Shown: piece after piece, positions 1 to 12,100 of the stretch
Position numbering within the stretch: the stretch's first letter is position 1
Layout: each line of letters begins with the position of its first letter
Assembly: GCA_014905635.1 (NCBI GenBank)
Contig: JABVCE010000002.1
Span: forward strand, 310,001 to 374,000
Origin: Scenedesmus sp. PABB004
Lineage: Eukaryota
Length of the DNA: 64,000 nt
Direction: 5' to 3'
Position numbers and translations under genes: made by a program
The notes under the pieces: generated by a model
What the model was told of the DNA's origin: nothing
The model's database searches: none
Seen by the model: only the letters and a program-made list of their open reading frames with translations

Positions 1-1397
1 GGGGGCCGTCCGCCTCCCCGCCTTGCCATACGCGCTCACATAGGGTGGGATGTCGCCGTCCTGCTTGCACGGCGGGTTGCTGTACGTGGTGTTGTCGTCG
101 CAGAACGCCCACTGGCCGTCAAAGTTGAACGACCCCACGCTCCACCCAAACCAGTTGACGCCGCGCAGCACCGCGGGCGTGCCGCTCGGCTGCTCCAGCA
201 GCAGCCCGCCCGGGGCCAGCGCGAGCGGCGGCGGCACCTGCGCGGCGCGGCGCGCGGCGCGGAGCGCGCCGGCGTAAACCCTGAGCGCCCGCGCGGCGCG
301 CGCCCCGCCGACGGCGGCGGTGCGGGCCCGCACCTTGCTGGTGCCCGCGGGGCTCGCCCAGGGGCTCGGGCACTCCATCGGCACGCGCTCCTTGTTCCAG
401 CCGTGCCGGCAGGTGCACGCGCCCGCCGGCATCGGGCGCGGCGGGTACTGCAGGATCTCCTTCTCAGCGTCCACTGCGGCGCGGGGCGGCCAGGCCGGGG
501 CTGGGGTCGCGCACCCCGCCGCGCGCGGCAAGGGGCCGCCGGCGGCGCCGGCGCGCGCCGACCAGCTGGAGGAGCGGCCACGCCCCGCCACGCCGCAGCG
601 CCGTGCCGTGCCGTGCCGCGCCGCTGCGCCGCCGCCGCACCCGGCGGCTGGTCCTGCACGTCCACCTGGCACAGCCACTTGCGGAAGGTGTTTGAGTAGG
701 GCTGGCAGGAGTAGCCGTTGGGGCAGCAGAAGCCGCGCCAGGGGCCGAACTGGTCGCACGTGCCGTGCTTGTAGCAGTCAAACCCCGCGCCGCCGCACTG
801 CCCGCCGACGGGCACGCGCGCGCTGCAGTTGCCGGTCTTGGCCTCGTCGTAGCTGTACTCCAGCTCGCCCGCCTCGACCGGCACGCAGGTGTGCCCCGTG
901 ATGGACGCCGCGTCGTCCACGCACGTGTGCCCGGGCGTGCAGCAGCCCTTGACAAACGGCGACGGCACGGGCAGGCACCACGCGCCCGGCCGGAACATCA
1001 TATGGCACCCCGGCTGCACGAAGGGCAGCGTCTTGGAGCCGAACAGCGGCAGGAAGCTGGCCGTGGCGGAGGCGTCCAGGCCCAGCGCCGACTGCTCGGC
1101 CACGACGGCGCCTGCGGCGCGCGGCCGGCCACGGGTGACGCCGCCGCTGCTCCGGCGGCGGTGCCGCCGCCGCCGCCGCCCGACGCGGCGGCGCCCGACG
1201 CGGCGGCGCCGGGAGCCTGCCGCGCGTGACCCTGAAGCGGGTGCGACCAGGCGCGGCGGCCCAGGCGCGGCGCACGCTCCCCGGGAGGCCGGCAGCAGCT
1301 GCTGCTCGCCCCGCGCGCGGCCCGCACCTCGTGCGCCTGATCCTCCAGCTACGAGCGCCAGCGCCAGCGCCAGCCAGCAGCATGCGGGCGCTCGCAT
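1..1397 (-). CDS. Secreted GH5-type endoglucanase with N-terminal Cys-rich/CBM1-like modules (3' part runs off the window)
   Basis: ATG 1397 with signal peptide MRAPACCWLALALALVAGG; CBM1-like VPVGGQCGGAGF..C..GYSCQ..WLCQ; exon 237-40 encodes LRGVNWFGW, typical of the GH5 N-terminal strand; GT-AG introns 640-474 and 333-238, further donor at 39. Confidence 0.75.
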
Positions 1398-1775
1398 GGC
1401 TGCCGCGCGCGGCGCCGCGCCCAGCGCGGCTCGCGCGCGCTGCAATCCGCTGCCTCCACGCGCGGCCACGCAGTGCCTGCAGCGCGGCGCTCGGCAATCC
1501 CGGGATCCTAACGTAGTTGGGGCCACTCCTGGCCAGGCGGAGCAGCGGACGCGGGCTGAGCGCGTCTCGGGCGGTGCGCGGGCTGGGCGTCGGCTCGAGC
1601 TGCTCTGGGCGGGCCGTGGCGCTACGTCGCGGCGCCCCTTCAGTGGTATCTGGGAGCTCGCTCGCGACCGTGGGGAGCCTGCCAGGCAGGCGAGGGTTCC
1701 GCGGCGTCGGCGGCGCAGCCCTGAGCGCGCGACGCTCGACGCTGAGGACCGCCCGCGTGTGTTGCACCGCGCGTT

Positions 1776-2698
1776 TCAGCTCACGCCGACGCGCTGCAGG
1801 ACGAGCGTGTCGCGGCGGCTGTTCTCCATCACGCGCAGCCCGCCGTCGTCGAGCACGACGACGTCGGTCCAGCCGCCACCCCGGATGACCGCCGGCAGCG
1901 CCAGGCGCAGCGGCCCGACGCCCACGCGCAGCGCGTCAAACGAGTACGCAATCCTGCGGTGCGCACACGGCGGCGCGCCGTGAGCCCGGCGCTCGCTCGC
2001 CCGCACGCTGCGCGCACGCACCACCACACCTCGTGGCGCTCAGCACGGTCAGCGGCCCCGCCGCCTGCAGCTGCAGGCCGGCGACGCCCCACGAGATGGT
2101 GTTGGTCACGCGCTTGCCGCTGCGGGCGCGCAGCGCGGCGAGTGGGCCGCCGAGCCGCCGACGAAAGCTGCGCAGCGCTCGGCGCGCGCCCCCGCGCGCG
2201 CGCCGCTCACGCCAGGTCGATCGCCTGCCGGATGTCAGCGACCGGCAGCGGCCCCCGCACGATGCTGTGCACCGACTCCTCCGTCGTCCAGAGCAGCCGC
2301 CACTCCCCGCCCAGCGGGCCTGCCGTCGGCGGCGGCTCGTGCGGCCGCCGCTGCTGCTCCTGCTTGAGCGCGGCGACGATGTCCAGCACGCGCTGTCGCT
2401 GCGCGTTGCCGGGCGGCGCCGCTCCCCAGGATCCGCCCAAGCTCGCCAGCAGCTCCGCCCGCAAGCTGCTGCCGTCGCTGCTCGTGACTGCACCGGCGGA
2501 GCTGGAGCGGCGGAGCGGCGGCGATGAGCGGCGAGCGAGCAGCAGTGTGACTGCACCGGCGGCGCTGCCGCGCCCTGCCGACCGTGAAATCCGGGTGAGT
2601 TTCGCCTCTCTTCGCGGCACGCGCGTGAGGCCACGTCGCTGCGTGCACGCCGCCCCGGCGGCGGCGGCAGCGGGCGGCCGCTGCTGCCGCGCGAGCAT
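1776..2698 (-). CDS. PAP/fibrillin family plastid lipid-associated protein
   Basis: Exons 2698-2211, 2119-2030, 1953-1776 splice in frame; LGGEWRLLWTTE..IRQAIDL..VTNTI..GGGWTDVVVLDDGGLRVMENSRRDTLVLQR is a fibrillin pattern; transit-peptide-like N-terminus. Confidence 0.85.
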
Positions 2699-2806
2699 TG
2701 TGGCCCGTTTGCTGGCCTGCTGCGTTGCTTTGTGGTGAGGAGAAGGCAGCGGGCAGCAGGGAGAAGCGGGCTGGGGCCAGTCAGCGTCGCACGGCGCCGG
2801 TCAGCA

Positions 2807-3560
2807 TCAGCCGCCGTCACACACCGCGCGTCCGCCGCGCAAAAACGCCGCGACGCGGGGTGACTCTCGCAGGTCGGCGAGCAGCTTGAGCGCGGGCCGC
2901 CCGGCGCCGTAGTAATCCGGGATCGCCCCGTCCCGCTCAAAGCCCGCGCGGGCGTAGAGCGCCAGCGCTGCCTCGTTGCCAGCGTCGACGTGCAGCGTCG
3001 CGGCGAGCGCGCGGCGCTCGCTCGCCGCCAGCAACAACACCGCCTGCGCAGCGCGGCGGGGCGGCGCCGCGTCGGCCACGACGCCGCCGCCGCCGCCGCC
3101 GTGCCGCGGCGCCGCTGGGGCGCGGCCGCCGCACCCGCAGCAGCTGGGTGCCGACGCCGCGGCGGCGCGCTGCGGGTGCGACCGCGAGCTTGTTGACGTG
3201 CGCGACCACGCTGTTGACCTGGACGATGGTGTAGCCGAGCACCTGCGACTGCTGCAGCGCGTACAGCAGCAGCGTGTTGCGCCGGGACAGCTCCTGCGCA
3301 AACACGCCGCCGCGCCAGCCGTCGGCCTTGCCAAACAGCGACCGCTCGAGCCGCTCGACCGCCGCCAGGTGCGCGGCGGCGTCCGGGTGGCTGCCCCCCC
3401 TGCCGCCGCCGTGCCAGCGGCAGATGACCACCGCCGCCGCCGCCGGCGCCGGCGGCGGCAGTGGCAGGGGCGGCAGCGGTGGCGGCGGCGCGCGCTGCTG
3501 CAGACTCTGCTGCTGCTGCCGCGGCTGCGGCTGCGGCTGCGCCTCGTCCTCCTCCAGCGT
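2807..3560 (-). CDS. RimI-like GNAT N-acetyltransferase (5' end unresolved)
   Basis: HVNKLAVAPAARRRGVGTQLL (acetyl-CoA motif A), then an intron, then TLHVDAGNEAALALYARAGF..IPDYY; no clear ATG found. Confidence 0.8.
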
Positions 3561-3958
3561 GCTTCAGCTGTGCACCCGCGAGGCTGGCGGCCGGTGGGGG
3601 ACTGGCGGCGCGCACAGGAGCGCGCCGAGCCCGGCAGCAAGCGGCCAGCGCGAGCGCTGAGACCTGGCACCCTGTCCCTTTTGCTGCGCCCGTGTGCGCC
3701 CCGTGTGAACACCCCGCCGAACACGCTGCACAGGCCGGCAGCGCTCTCGTGCGCTCACAAGCTCCACAGGCGCGCGCCCGCGCAGCAGCGGCGCCGCGCC
3801 GCCTGGCCGCCCGCCCGCGCTGCTGTGTTCCCCTGCATCCCTCCGCCGCCCGCCCACGTCACGTCAGCAGCTTTCTGCACACGCTCGAGCGCTTGCTGAC
3901 CGCGGGCAGCGGGACGCCGCCGCCGCCAGCGGCGGCGGCGATTGCACCGCCGCGCGCG

Positions 3959-5442
3959 ATGCCGCAGCCGCGGCAGCGCATCGTGTTTTGCGACTGCCTG
4001 GACTGCGTGGAGCAGCCACCCACCACCGACCTGCCGTCCTCGGCCTCGCCGGCAAACGAGGCGGCCGCCCGCCAGGAGCCGCCGCCCAAGTGCCTGCTGT
4101 TCGTGCTGTCGGGCGCGCTCGTGGCGCGCGCGGGGCCGCAGCCGCCGGGCGGCGGCGACCGCGGCGGCGGCGATGGCGGCGGCGACACGGACACGCTGCT
4201 GGACGGCCTGGCGCTGCCGCACCTGCACCGCGCGGCGGCGCAGGGCAACCTGTGCCTGCTGACGCAGCGCGCAGGCGCGGGCGCGGACTGCGTTTCGGAG
4301 CTGGCGCAGCTGCTGGGCGCGTACGACGAGCGCGCGCGGGGCGAGCCGCCCGCGAGCCTGGCCGACAGGCGCGGCGCGGCGCGGCGCGGCGCGCGGCAGC
4401 GGCGGCGCGGCACGGCACGGCGCAGCGCGCTCGGGCCCGACCCCTCCCGCGCCCCCTCTGCCCTGCAGGTTCAAGGGCATGGCAGCGAGCTGCGCCTCCA
4501 ACAGCGCCGCCGCGCGCGAGCTGGCGGCCGCCTGCGGCCTGAGCAGCAGCTCCGTGCTGGAACCGGAGGCCGCCGAGAGCGGCGCGGCGGTCGAGGCCGC
4601 AGACGGCGACGCAGCAGCCGGCGGCGGCCCGCTCGGCGCGCTGGCGGGCAGCAGCGGCGGCGGCCACCGCGCGCGCCGCGCTGCGGCGGCGGGCGCCGGC
4701 GCCGCTGACCTGCAGCTGCCGGACCCTGCTGAGGCGGCGCGGCGCGTCTTGGCGGAGCTGGGTGCGTGCAGCAGGCGGAGGCAGGGGGCACGGGCGAGGC
4801 CGCACGCACGGGCGCACCGCGGCCAGCGTGGGCTGCTGACCCGCCTGCGCCCGCGCTCCGCCGCGCCCGCCCCGGCCTGTCCGCCGCGCAGGGCTGCAGC
4901 AGGCGGCGGCCGGGCTCGACATGCTGGTGGTGCACGTGGACGCGGCACAGCCAGCGGCGCAGGAGGCGGCGCAGGCGGCGCAGGCGGCGCAGGCGGCGCA
5001 GGCGGCGCAACAGGCGGCCGCGGCGGCGCTCGCGTGGCTGGACCGCACGCTGCGGTACCTCAACAACAGCACTGCCTTCAAGGACATTGTGCTGCTGGCG
5101 GTCGTGGCCACGCCCGGCGCCGCGGGCCCGCTGCCGGCGGTGCCGCCGATGCTCGCGGACCGCGGCGGCGCGCCGCTGCGGCCGGCGGGCGCGCCGGCGG
5201 GCGCGCCGGTGCTGCGGCCGCTGCAGAGCTGGGAGCAGCTCGGCGGCGCGGCGCTCGCGGTGGACGCGGCGCGGCCGATGTTGTGCCTGCGGAGGCTGCC
5301 GGGCGTGATCCGCCGCGACGCGTGCGCGCGCTTCACGCTGCGCGAGTGCTGCGCCGCGAGCGGCGGCCTGGGCCTGGTCGCCGACCGGCTGCTGCCGGAG
5401 GTCGCCTACAAGCTCGGCCGCGCGCCCAAGTACGGTGCGTGA
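3959..5442 (+). CDS. Conserved green-lineage protein (AT5G11810-like, C-terminal KYGA)
   Basis: LPHLHRAAAQGNLCLL..ELAQLL..R|FKGM..ADRLLPEVAYKLGRAPKYGA*; GC-AG intron 4369-4468; family assigned from recalled motifs. Confidence 0.7.
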
Positions 5443-5467
5443 GCGTGGGCGACGGTGCAACCGTTCG

Positions 5468-5472
5468 TTACA
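5468..5472 (-). terminator. TGTAA poly(A) signal, probably for the SRPBCC gene
   Basis: Chlorophyte poly(A) pentamer downstream of the 6225 stop. Confidence 0.45.
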
Positions 5473-6224
5473 CGCGTGCCAGGCCCCCGCGCTCGCCGCC
5501 GCCGCACGAGGCAGCGCGATCGCCGCGCAACGGCCGGCGGGGTGGCGGTGTGGTGCGGTCGTGGATCCCAGGATCCCAGCATCCGCCCCCGCCGCTTGTG
5601 CAGCGCACGGGGGGTCGTCATTAGTAGGGCTGCGCCGCCGCGCGGCGACCAGCCAGGGAGAGAGGGGCGGTGCGTCGACCGGCCCGCGCCGCAGCGCGGC
5701 GGGAGCACTTGATTGGGTAGTCGTCGTCCGCCGAGGCTTGCCAGCCTGCCTGCCTGCGTGCGTGCGGCGCCCGCGCCCGCGCGAATGCCGCGCGGGGCCG
5801 CGATGCGCGCGCCATGAATGCGGTCGTCGTCCTGTGCACACGGTGTACAGCGAGCATGCACATGCGCAGGCGCGGCGCCGGCGGCGCGCCGGCGCCTGCG
5901 CCGTCAACTGCTGCGCGCGGCCCCCCAACCAAAATAAAACAGAGAGTGCGAGCAATGCGAGTCACGCAAGGGCCGCGCGCCGCGCCCGGCGGCAGCAACG
6001 CCAGCTGCGGGCGCGCGGGGGCGCCGTGCGCAGCGCCGCGCGGCTCGCCGCGCCCGCCCGCCCCGTCTGCGCTGCGGATCCAACCAGGGGAGCGCCTGCC
6101 GCAGGCGGCGCCCAGTCCGCGCCGGCCAACAGGGCCGCGCCCCGCCGCGCGGGGCGTCGCCGCGCAGTGGCGCGGGCGCGCCGCCGCGCGGCGGCGGCGC
6201 CGCCGCCGCTGCTGCTGCGCCGGC

Positions 6225-7389
6225 TCAGCCGACGACGCTGATGTCGAGCGGGTGGCTCTCCAGCGCGCTCGCGATCGCCGCGGCGTCGCAGGCGCGCACA
6301 AAGCCGAGCTCGAAGCTGCGCCGGTTGCTGGGCACGTGCTCGCCCTCCACCGTGTCCTTGATCTTGGCCAGCACGCCCGCGAGCTGGCGCCGCACCTGCC
6401 CCCCGACCATGTGGCGAATGCCGGGCGGCACAAAGAGGCTTGGCTTCATGTATAGGCTCATCTCCAGCCGGCACCGCCCCCGCCCGAGGCGGCGCACGCC
6501 CACGCTGCTCGTGAAGCTGCGCATCATGCCGCCGTCCAGCAGCTGCGTGTCGATCGACATGCGCCCGGGGTCCTCCTGCGAGGGCACAGCGTCGGCGGCG
6601 CGCACGACGTCGGCGGCGCGCGCGGCGGGCGCGGGCGCGGCGCCGGCTGGCCGTGCTGGGCTGCTGCCGCGCGCAGGGCGGGGCGGCGCGGCGCCACTGC
6701 ATCGAGAGCGCACCTGCATCGAGAGCGCGAGGTTGAAGTCGCCGCGGAGGGCCAGGAAGTTCCAGGCGAGCACCTGCGGGGTGCGGGCGTGCGTGGTGAG
6801 GTGCCGCGGGGGTCGCGGCGCGGCCAGGGCGGCACTGCCCACCGGCGGCTGCGCCGCCGCGGCGCGGACGGAGCGCCGCCGGCCCGCGCGCGGCGCCCAT
6901 CGCGCAGGCGCCCGTCGTCGCGCGGGCGCACCTGGTTGACCTGCAGCGTGTTGGCGGTGAGCCGGCCCACGATCTTGCTCACTTTGACGCCCGCGTTCCA
7001 CAGCGGCTGGTCCTCCACGCGCCGCATGAAGTTGTACACGCGCTGCGCGTCCTGCTCCAGCTCCACCGCGCCGACCGCGCCATACTCGCCGGCGGGGCCG
7101 CGCGCGCCGCGCACCTCGACCACGTCCTGCGGCGCCGCCGCCGGCGCGGGCGCGGCGTGGGCCGCCGCCGCGCAGCAGCGGCACCCGTGCCGCAAGCAGA
7201 GCACGGAGGGGTCGCCCCGGCCCGGCCAGGGCGCGGGCGGGCTCTCGGCCGGGGGCTCTTGGAGGCGCAGGCTGCTGCTCTCCGCGCTGCGTGCGGCCCC
7301 TGGCGCTGCCGGCGACGCCCCGATCACGCCACGGCGCCCGGGGTGTCTGGGCGTGGCGGGCGGGGTCGCGCGGCGCGCACCTGCTTCAT
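6225..7389 (-). CDS. SRPBCC/START (polyketide cyclase-like) domain protein
   Basis: VYNFMRRVEDQPLWNAGVKVSKIV..LQVNQ|VLAWNFL..GGMMRSFTSSVGV..CRLEMSLYMKPSLFVP; probable micro-exon ATG AAG CAG|GT at 7389-7381. Confidence 0.7.
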
Positions 7390-7762
7390 TCGCAGCGCGA
7401 TGCGAGCGCTCTGTGGTCGCGAGCCGGCTCAGCTCCCGCACGCCCGCAGCGCCAGCCGCGCCGGCGGAGAGTACAGGGGAACGTTCCACGTGGAAGCGGT
7501 GATGTGCGCGCGAGGGCGATTGGCGGATCAGCCGCGGCGCCGCGGAGAGCTTGGGCGAGCCCGCGGTCAGGGTGGGGGACGCGCTGGTGGGCGGCCGGGC
7601 CGGTGTGGACGCAGCGGCGCGCCGGGGGGCGAGCGGCGCGCCACCGCAAGCTGAAGCGCAACCTCGAGGCCCGTGACGCCCTGACGCCGCCGCGCTGGTC
7701 CGCGCCAAGCCCGGCGGCGGGGCGCCCAGTGCCCTGCCTCCCGCCTGAACAGCAGCGCCGCC

Positions 7763-8684
7763 ATGCTGCTGCGCCGCGCCGCCGCCTCGTCCGCCAGGTG
7801 CCGCCGCGCACGCGCCGCTGCCGCTGCTGCCAGCGCGCCGGCGCCGCCGCTGCCGCCCGCCACTCGCCGCCGCCGCCGCCGCCGCCGCCGCTTCAGGTGC
7901 CTGACACAAGCGCGCCCCGCCGGCGCGGCAGGCGCGGCGGCGCCGCGCCGGGGCGGCACGCGGCGCATGGCGACGACCGCAGACGAGCTGCGCGGGCAGA
8001 GCTGCTCGCTGCTCGGCGGCTGCAGCAGCGAGACGCCCAAGGTGCCGGCGGAGCAGCTGGCCGGCCTCATGGCCGCGCTGCCGGCGTGGCAGCTCGCGCC
8101 CGACCAGGCGTCGATCCGGCGCGCGTTCGTCGCCAAAAACTTCATGGCGGGTGCGCGGCACGGGCTCGGTGTGGTGGCGTGGCCGCGCGCGGCGCTGCGC
8201 CGCCGCGCACTGCCGCCACTCCCCGCCCCGCCGCCGGCAGCGGTGGGGTTTGTGAACCGCGTCGCCGAGGTGGCCGAGGCGGAGGGGCACCACCCCGACC
8301 TGCACCTCACAAACTACCGCGACGTCGAGGCGCGGCACGCAGCGCAGCGCACACGGCGGCGCAGCAGCGCGCACAGCGGCACGCAGCGCGCACAGCCGGC
8401 GTGGCGCCGGCTGAGCGAGCGCGCGCCCGACCCGCGCGCGCCGCAGGTGGTGCTGTCGACGCACGCCATCGGCGGCGTGTCCATGTTTGACCTCATCCTC
8501 GCAGCCAAGCTCGACGCGCTGCCGGTGCGCGCGCGGGCGCAGCGCGGGCGCAGCGCGCGGGGCGCACCACGGGCCGCGCGCACCGAGCGCGCCGCCGCCG
8601 CCGCCGCCACCGCCGCCGCAGGTCGAGTATTCGCCCAAGTGGGCCAAGGCCCACCCGGAGGCGGCGGTCTCCGCGCCGGCGTGA
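7763..8684 (+). CDS. Pterin-4-alpha-carbinolamine dehydratase, organelle-targeted
   Basis: AEAEGHHPDLHL catalytic motif; LSTHAIGGVSMFDLILAAKLD; four introns including GC-AG 8330-8446. Confidence 0.92.
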
Positions 8685-8837
8685 GGCGGCGGGCGGCGGC
8701 GGCAGCCTGCAGGGCGCGCGCGTGCACGCGCACGTGCGCCGGGCGGGGGGAGGGGGCGAGGGACCGAGGGAGCGCTGGGCTAGAAGTAGGCAGGCGTCGG
8801 GCAGGGAGTGCGCGGCGGTTGCAGCAGCGCGGGGCGG

Positions 8838-8842
8838 TTACA
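8838..8842 (-). terminator. TGTAA poly(A) signal for TPS
   Basis: First TGTAA after the TPS stop. Confidence 0.55.
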
Positions 8843-9174
8843 GACGGCCCCACGGGAGGGGCCGGGGGGCAAGAAATGCCTGCGTTGGCGCGGCCGGCCC
8901 CCAAGTCGCGGGGCGCCCGGCCGCACGGAGCCCTCCACCACACCACACGCCTCCCTGCCTGTACAGACGAGATGAGCAGCGCCCCAAAGCGTCGATGCAG
9001 CTGTCAGCTACGTCAGCCGAGACGGCCCGACACCGCGGCGGCCCGCGCGGCGCCCGGACGGGGCGCGCGCCGCGCGTCAAAATCGGGCCCGCCGCGCCGC
9101 CGCCAACGCCGCCGCCGCCGCCGCGCGCGCGGGCGCGCGGGGGCGGCCGCCCCGTGGGACGGGCCCGCGCGCGC

Positions 9175-12100
9175 TCAGAAGGAGTCGTTGCGCGGCGGCA
9201 GGCCGACGCCGGCCATCTTTGCGAGCAGCTCCACGACCTCTGGGACGTCGTTGACGTAAAACTTGGCCTTGCTCGGCTTCTGGCCCACCACGCACGCAAA
9301 CACCTGCGCGCGCGCGGGCAGCAGGGCGCAACACCGGTCGGCAGACGGCGCGGCGCGGCGCCGGCGGGCGAGGGGGCCTGCGGCGGGCCGGCGCACGGGG
9401 CGCGTGCGCCCGCGCACACCTCTGCGGGGTGGCGCGGCGTGTCGGCGTACTGCTCAATCGCTGTGAACATGTCCTCGTCGCTGCGGTCGTCCCCCACCGC
9501 CAGCACAAAATCGACAGCGCCGCCCGCGAGGCCGCGGCCGCTGCCGCCGGCCGCGCGCGCGCGCCGCCGCCGCCGCCGCCGGCGCGTCCGCGGGCGCCGC
9601 CGCCGCGTCGGCGCCGCGCTGCTGCACGCCGCCCGGCGGCGGCGGCGGCGCGCCGCCCGCCGCAAACTGCTGCCCGCCCGCGGGGCCGGCGAGGCCCAGG
9701 CTGTGCGCCGCGACCGCCGCCGCGCCCGCGCCCGGCGGCAGCGCCGCGAGCGCCGCCGCGGCGCCGCCGCCGCTGGACGCCGCCGCCGCCGCGGCGTTGG
9801 TGGTGCTGCTGCTGCCCGGCAAGCTGGGCGGCAGCTCGCCCGTGACCAGCGGGTCCCGCTTGCAGATGAGCTCCACGAGGCTGCCCTTGGACACGCCCTG
9901 CGTGTGGTGGCGAAGCGGCGGTCGCGGCATGAGTGCGAGCACGCGCCCGCGCCAGGCGCCGCACCGCGCGTGGCACGCGCGAGCGCGGGCACGCCGCGCC
10001 ACCCCGCGCGCGCGCCTGGGGCTTTGCCTCCACGATGGTGTTGCCTGAGATGACCTCGATGGGCTTGTTGCTGAGCACATCCTCCAGGTGGTCTAGCAGC
10101 TCCTTGGCCTGCGCGCGGGCGGGCGTGGCGTGGCGCGTGTGGCAAGTTTGTGAGCTCAGGCGTGGCGGGAGACCGGCGGGCGGCGGCTGCCGAGGCAGGG
10201 CGGGGAGCAAGGGCAGGCGCGCGGGAGGGGGAGGCAGAGGGGCGGGCGGCGGCGCGCCGCGTGCCTGCCAGTTGCCAAAGTCGGGGTCCGCGTCGCCGTA
10301 GTGCCACACGAGCGCGGAGGCCTTGACCTCGATGTAGCTGCCATCGGTGCACTCACAGTACTGCGTGCGCGTGTGTGTATGTCAGCGGGGGTCTTTGAGC
10401 GAAGAGGGGCGGGCGCACGCGGCGGCGGCCCAGGCGCGGCGGCCCCGCGGCGCGGCGCCGCGCCTGCTTGAGGATGGGCGTCGCCATGGCCTGCCAGCTG
10501 TGGTCTGCGAGCGGGAAGCGGCTGTGCCACGCGCTGCGCCAGGGGGGGCGGATGAAGAAGCCATGCTCCGCGGCCAGGCCCAGCCCCAACTGGGTGGGGG
10601 GTGGGAGGAGATGACGGGCGCGGTGTGAGGGAGCGGAGGAGTGGGGGAGCGGGGGAGTGGGGGAGTGAGCGAGTGAGGGAGCGGGGGAGTGAGGGAGTGA
10701 GGGAGTGAGGGCGGGCGCGGCTGCAACAGAGACGGAGAGACCCCGAGCAGCGGCGCGGCGCGGCGTGCGGCGCGCTCACCACGCCCTCGAACCAGCCGCC
10801 CAGCTCCGACTGCGAGCGGCCGCTGATGACCCACACCTCGTTGGCCGCGTCGGCGGTCAGCTTGGCCAGCACCTGCGGAGCAAGGGGGGGACATAGGGCG
10901 GGGACGCGGGCTCAGCCGCGCGGCGGGCTTGGCGCCGCGGCGCGCGTCCCCCTGGCGGCGCCCCGGCCGCCCGGCCCGGCCGCCGCGGCGCGCGCGCCTC
11001 GAGCACGGTCGGCGGCGGCGCTGCGCTGATGTTGCGGTGGGGGATGAGCGTGCCGTCATAGTCCAGCAGCAGCAGGCGGCGCTTCGTGCTGCGCGGCGCG
11101 GGACCGCGGCGGCGGCGCGGCGCGTCAGGCGTCGGGCGTCAGGCGCCGCGCGCCGCGGGGCTGCCGCCGCGCCGCGCCGCGCGTCGCCCCCTCCTCCTCC
11201 CCCTGACAAAGCAGCCCCTGCGCGCTGCGCGCCGCGCCGCGCCGCGCCGCGCCGCGCCTGCGGTAGCCCGCGAGCAGCGTGGCGTCCTCGAGCTTCTTGA
11301 AGTTGGCGTCCAGCGCGACGAGGCGGAAGGTGTCCAGGCCGAGGCCGAGGCCGTAGCACTTCATCGCGACGTGCGCCTTGGTGCTGCGCGCGAGGTCGGC
11401 GATGTAGCTGCTCGCCCAGAAGCCCACCGTGTGCTCGCTCACGTACCTGCGCGTGCAGCGCGCGCGCGTGAGCAGGCGGGCGGACGGGGGCGGCGGGCCG
11501 CGGGCGAGGGGCGGCGCGGGCGCAGCGCGGGGGCGGGGGCGGGCACGGCGCGGGGCGCGGCGCGCGCGCGCGCGCGCGCGTGAGGGCGTCTCACTTCCAG
11601 TGCTTTTCGTGGCGCAGGCGGCGGTGCTCGGGCAGGTCTGGATGGCCGCAAACATCGCGTCCGCGACCGCGTCCACGGACCAGGGGTTGACGCGGATCGC
11701 GCCCGACAGGCTCGGCGAGCACCCCACAAACTCTGCGGCCGCGCGCGACGCGGCGGCGGCGGTGTGGGCGGCGCGGGGCGGGCGCGTCGGCTCGCGCGGC
11801 CGCGCGCAGAGCTGCGCCCGGCGGCGTGCCGCCCCCGCGCCCCTGCGCGCTCCCGCGCCCCCGCGCGCCCCCACCCCCACGCACCCGACACGACGAGCAT
11901 GCTGCCGGGCTTGTGGTCGGGCGGGTCCCAGCCGGGCGGGCCCTGGCGGCAGACGACGTACTCGTAGGGCACCAGGTTCATGCCGTCACGCGTCGCCGTC
12001 ACGACGGCCACGTCAGCGATCTGCGCGGGGGAGCAAACGCGGGCGCCCGCGCGGTCGTCGGCGGCGCACAACCCCCGCGCCGCCAGCCCCAGCCCGCCTG

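Noticed and set aside
3564..3566. In-frame TGA upstream of the GNAT domain as possible selenocysteine
   Set aside because: Lies in a low-complexity non-conserved region, with no Cys-equivalent motif or recognisable SECIS; more simply intron or UTR
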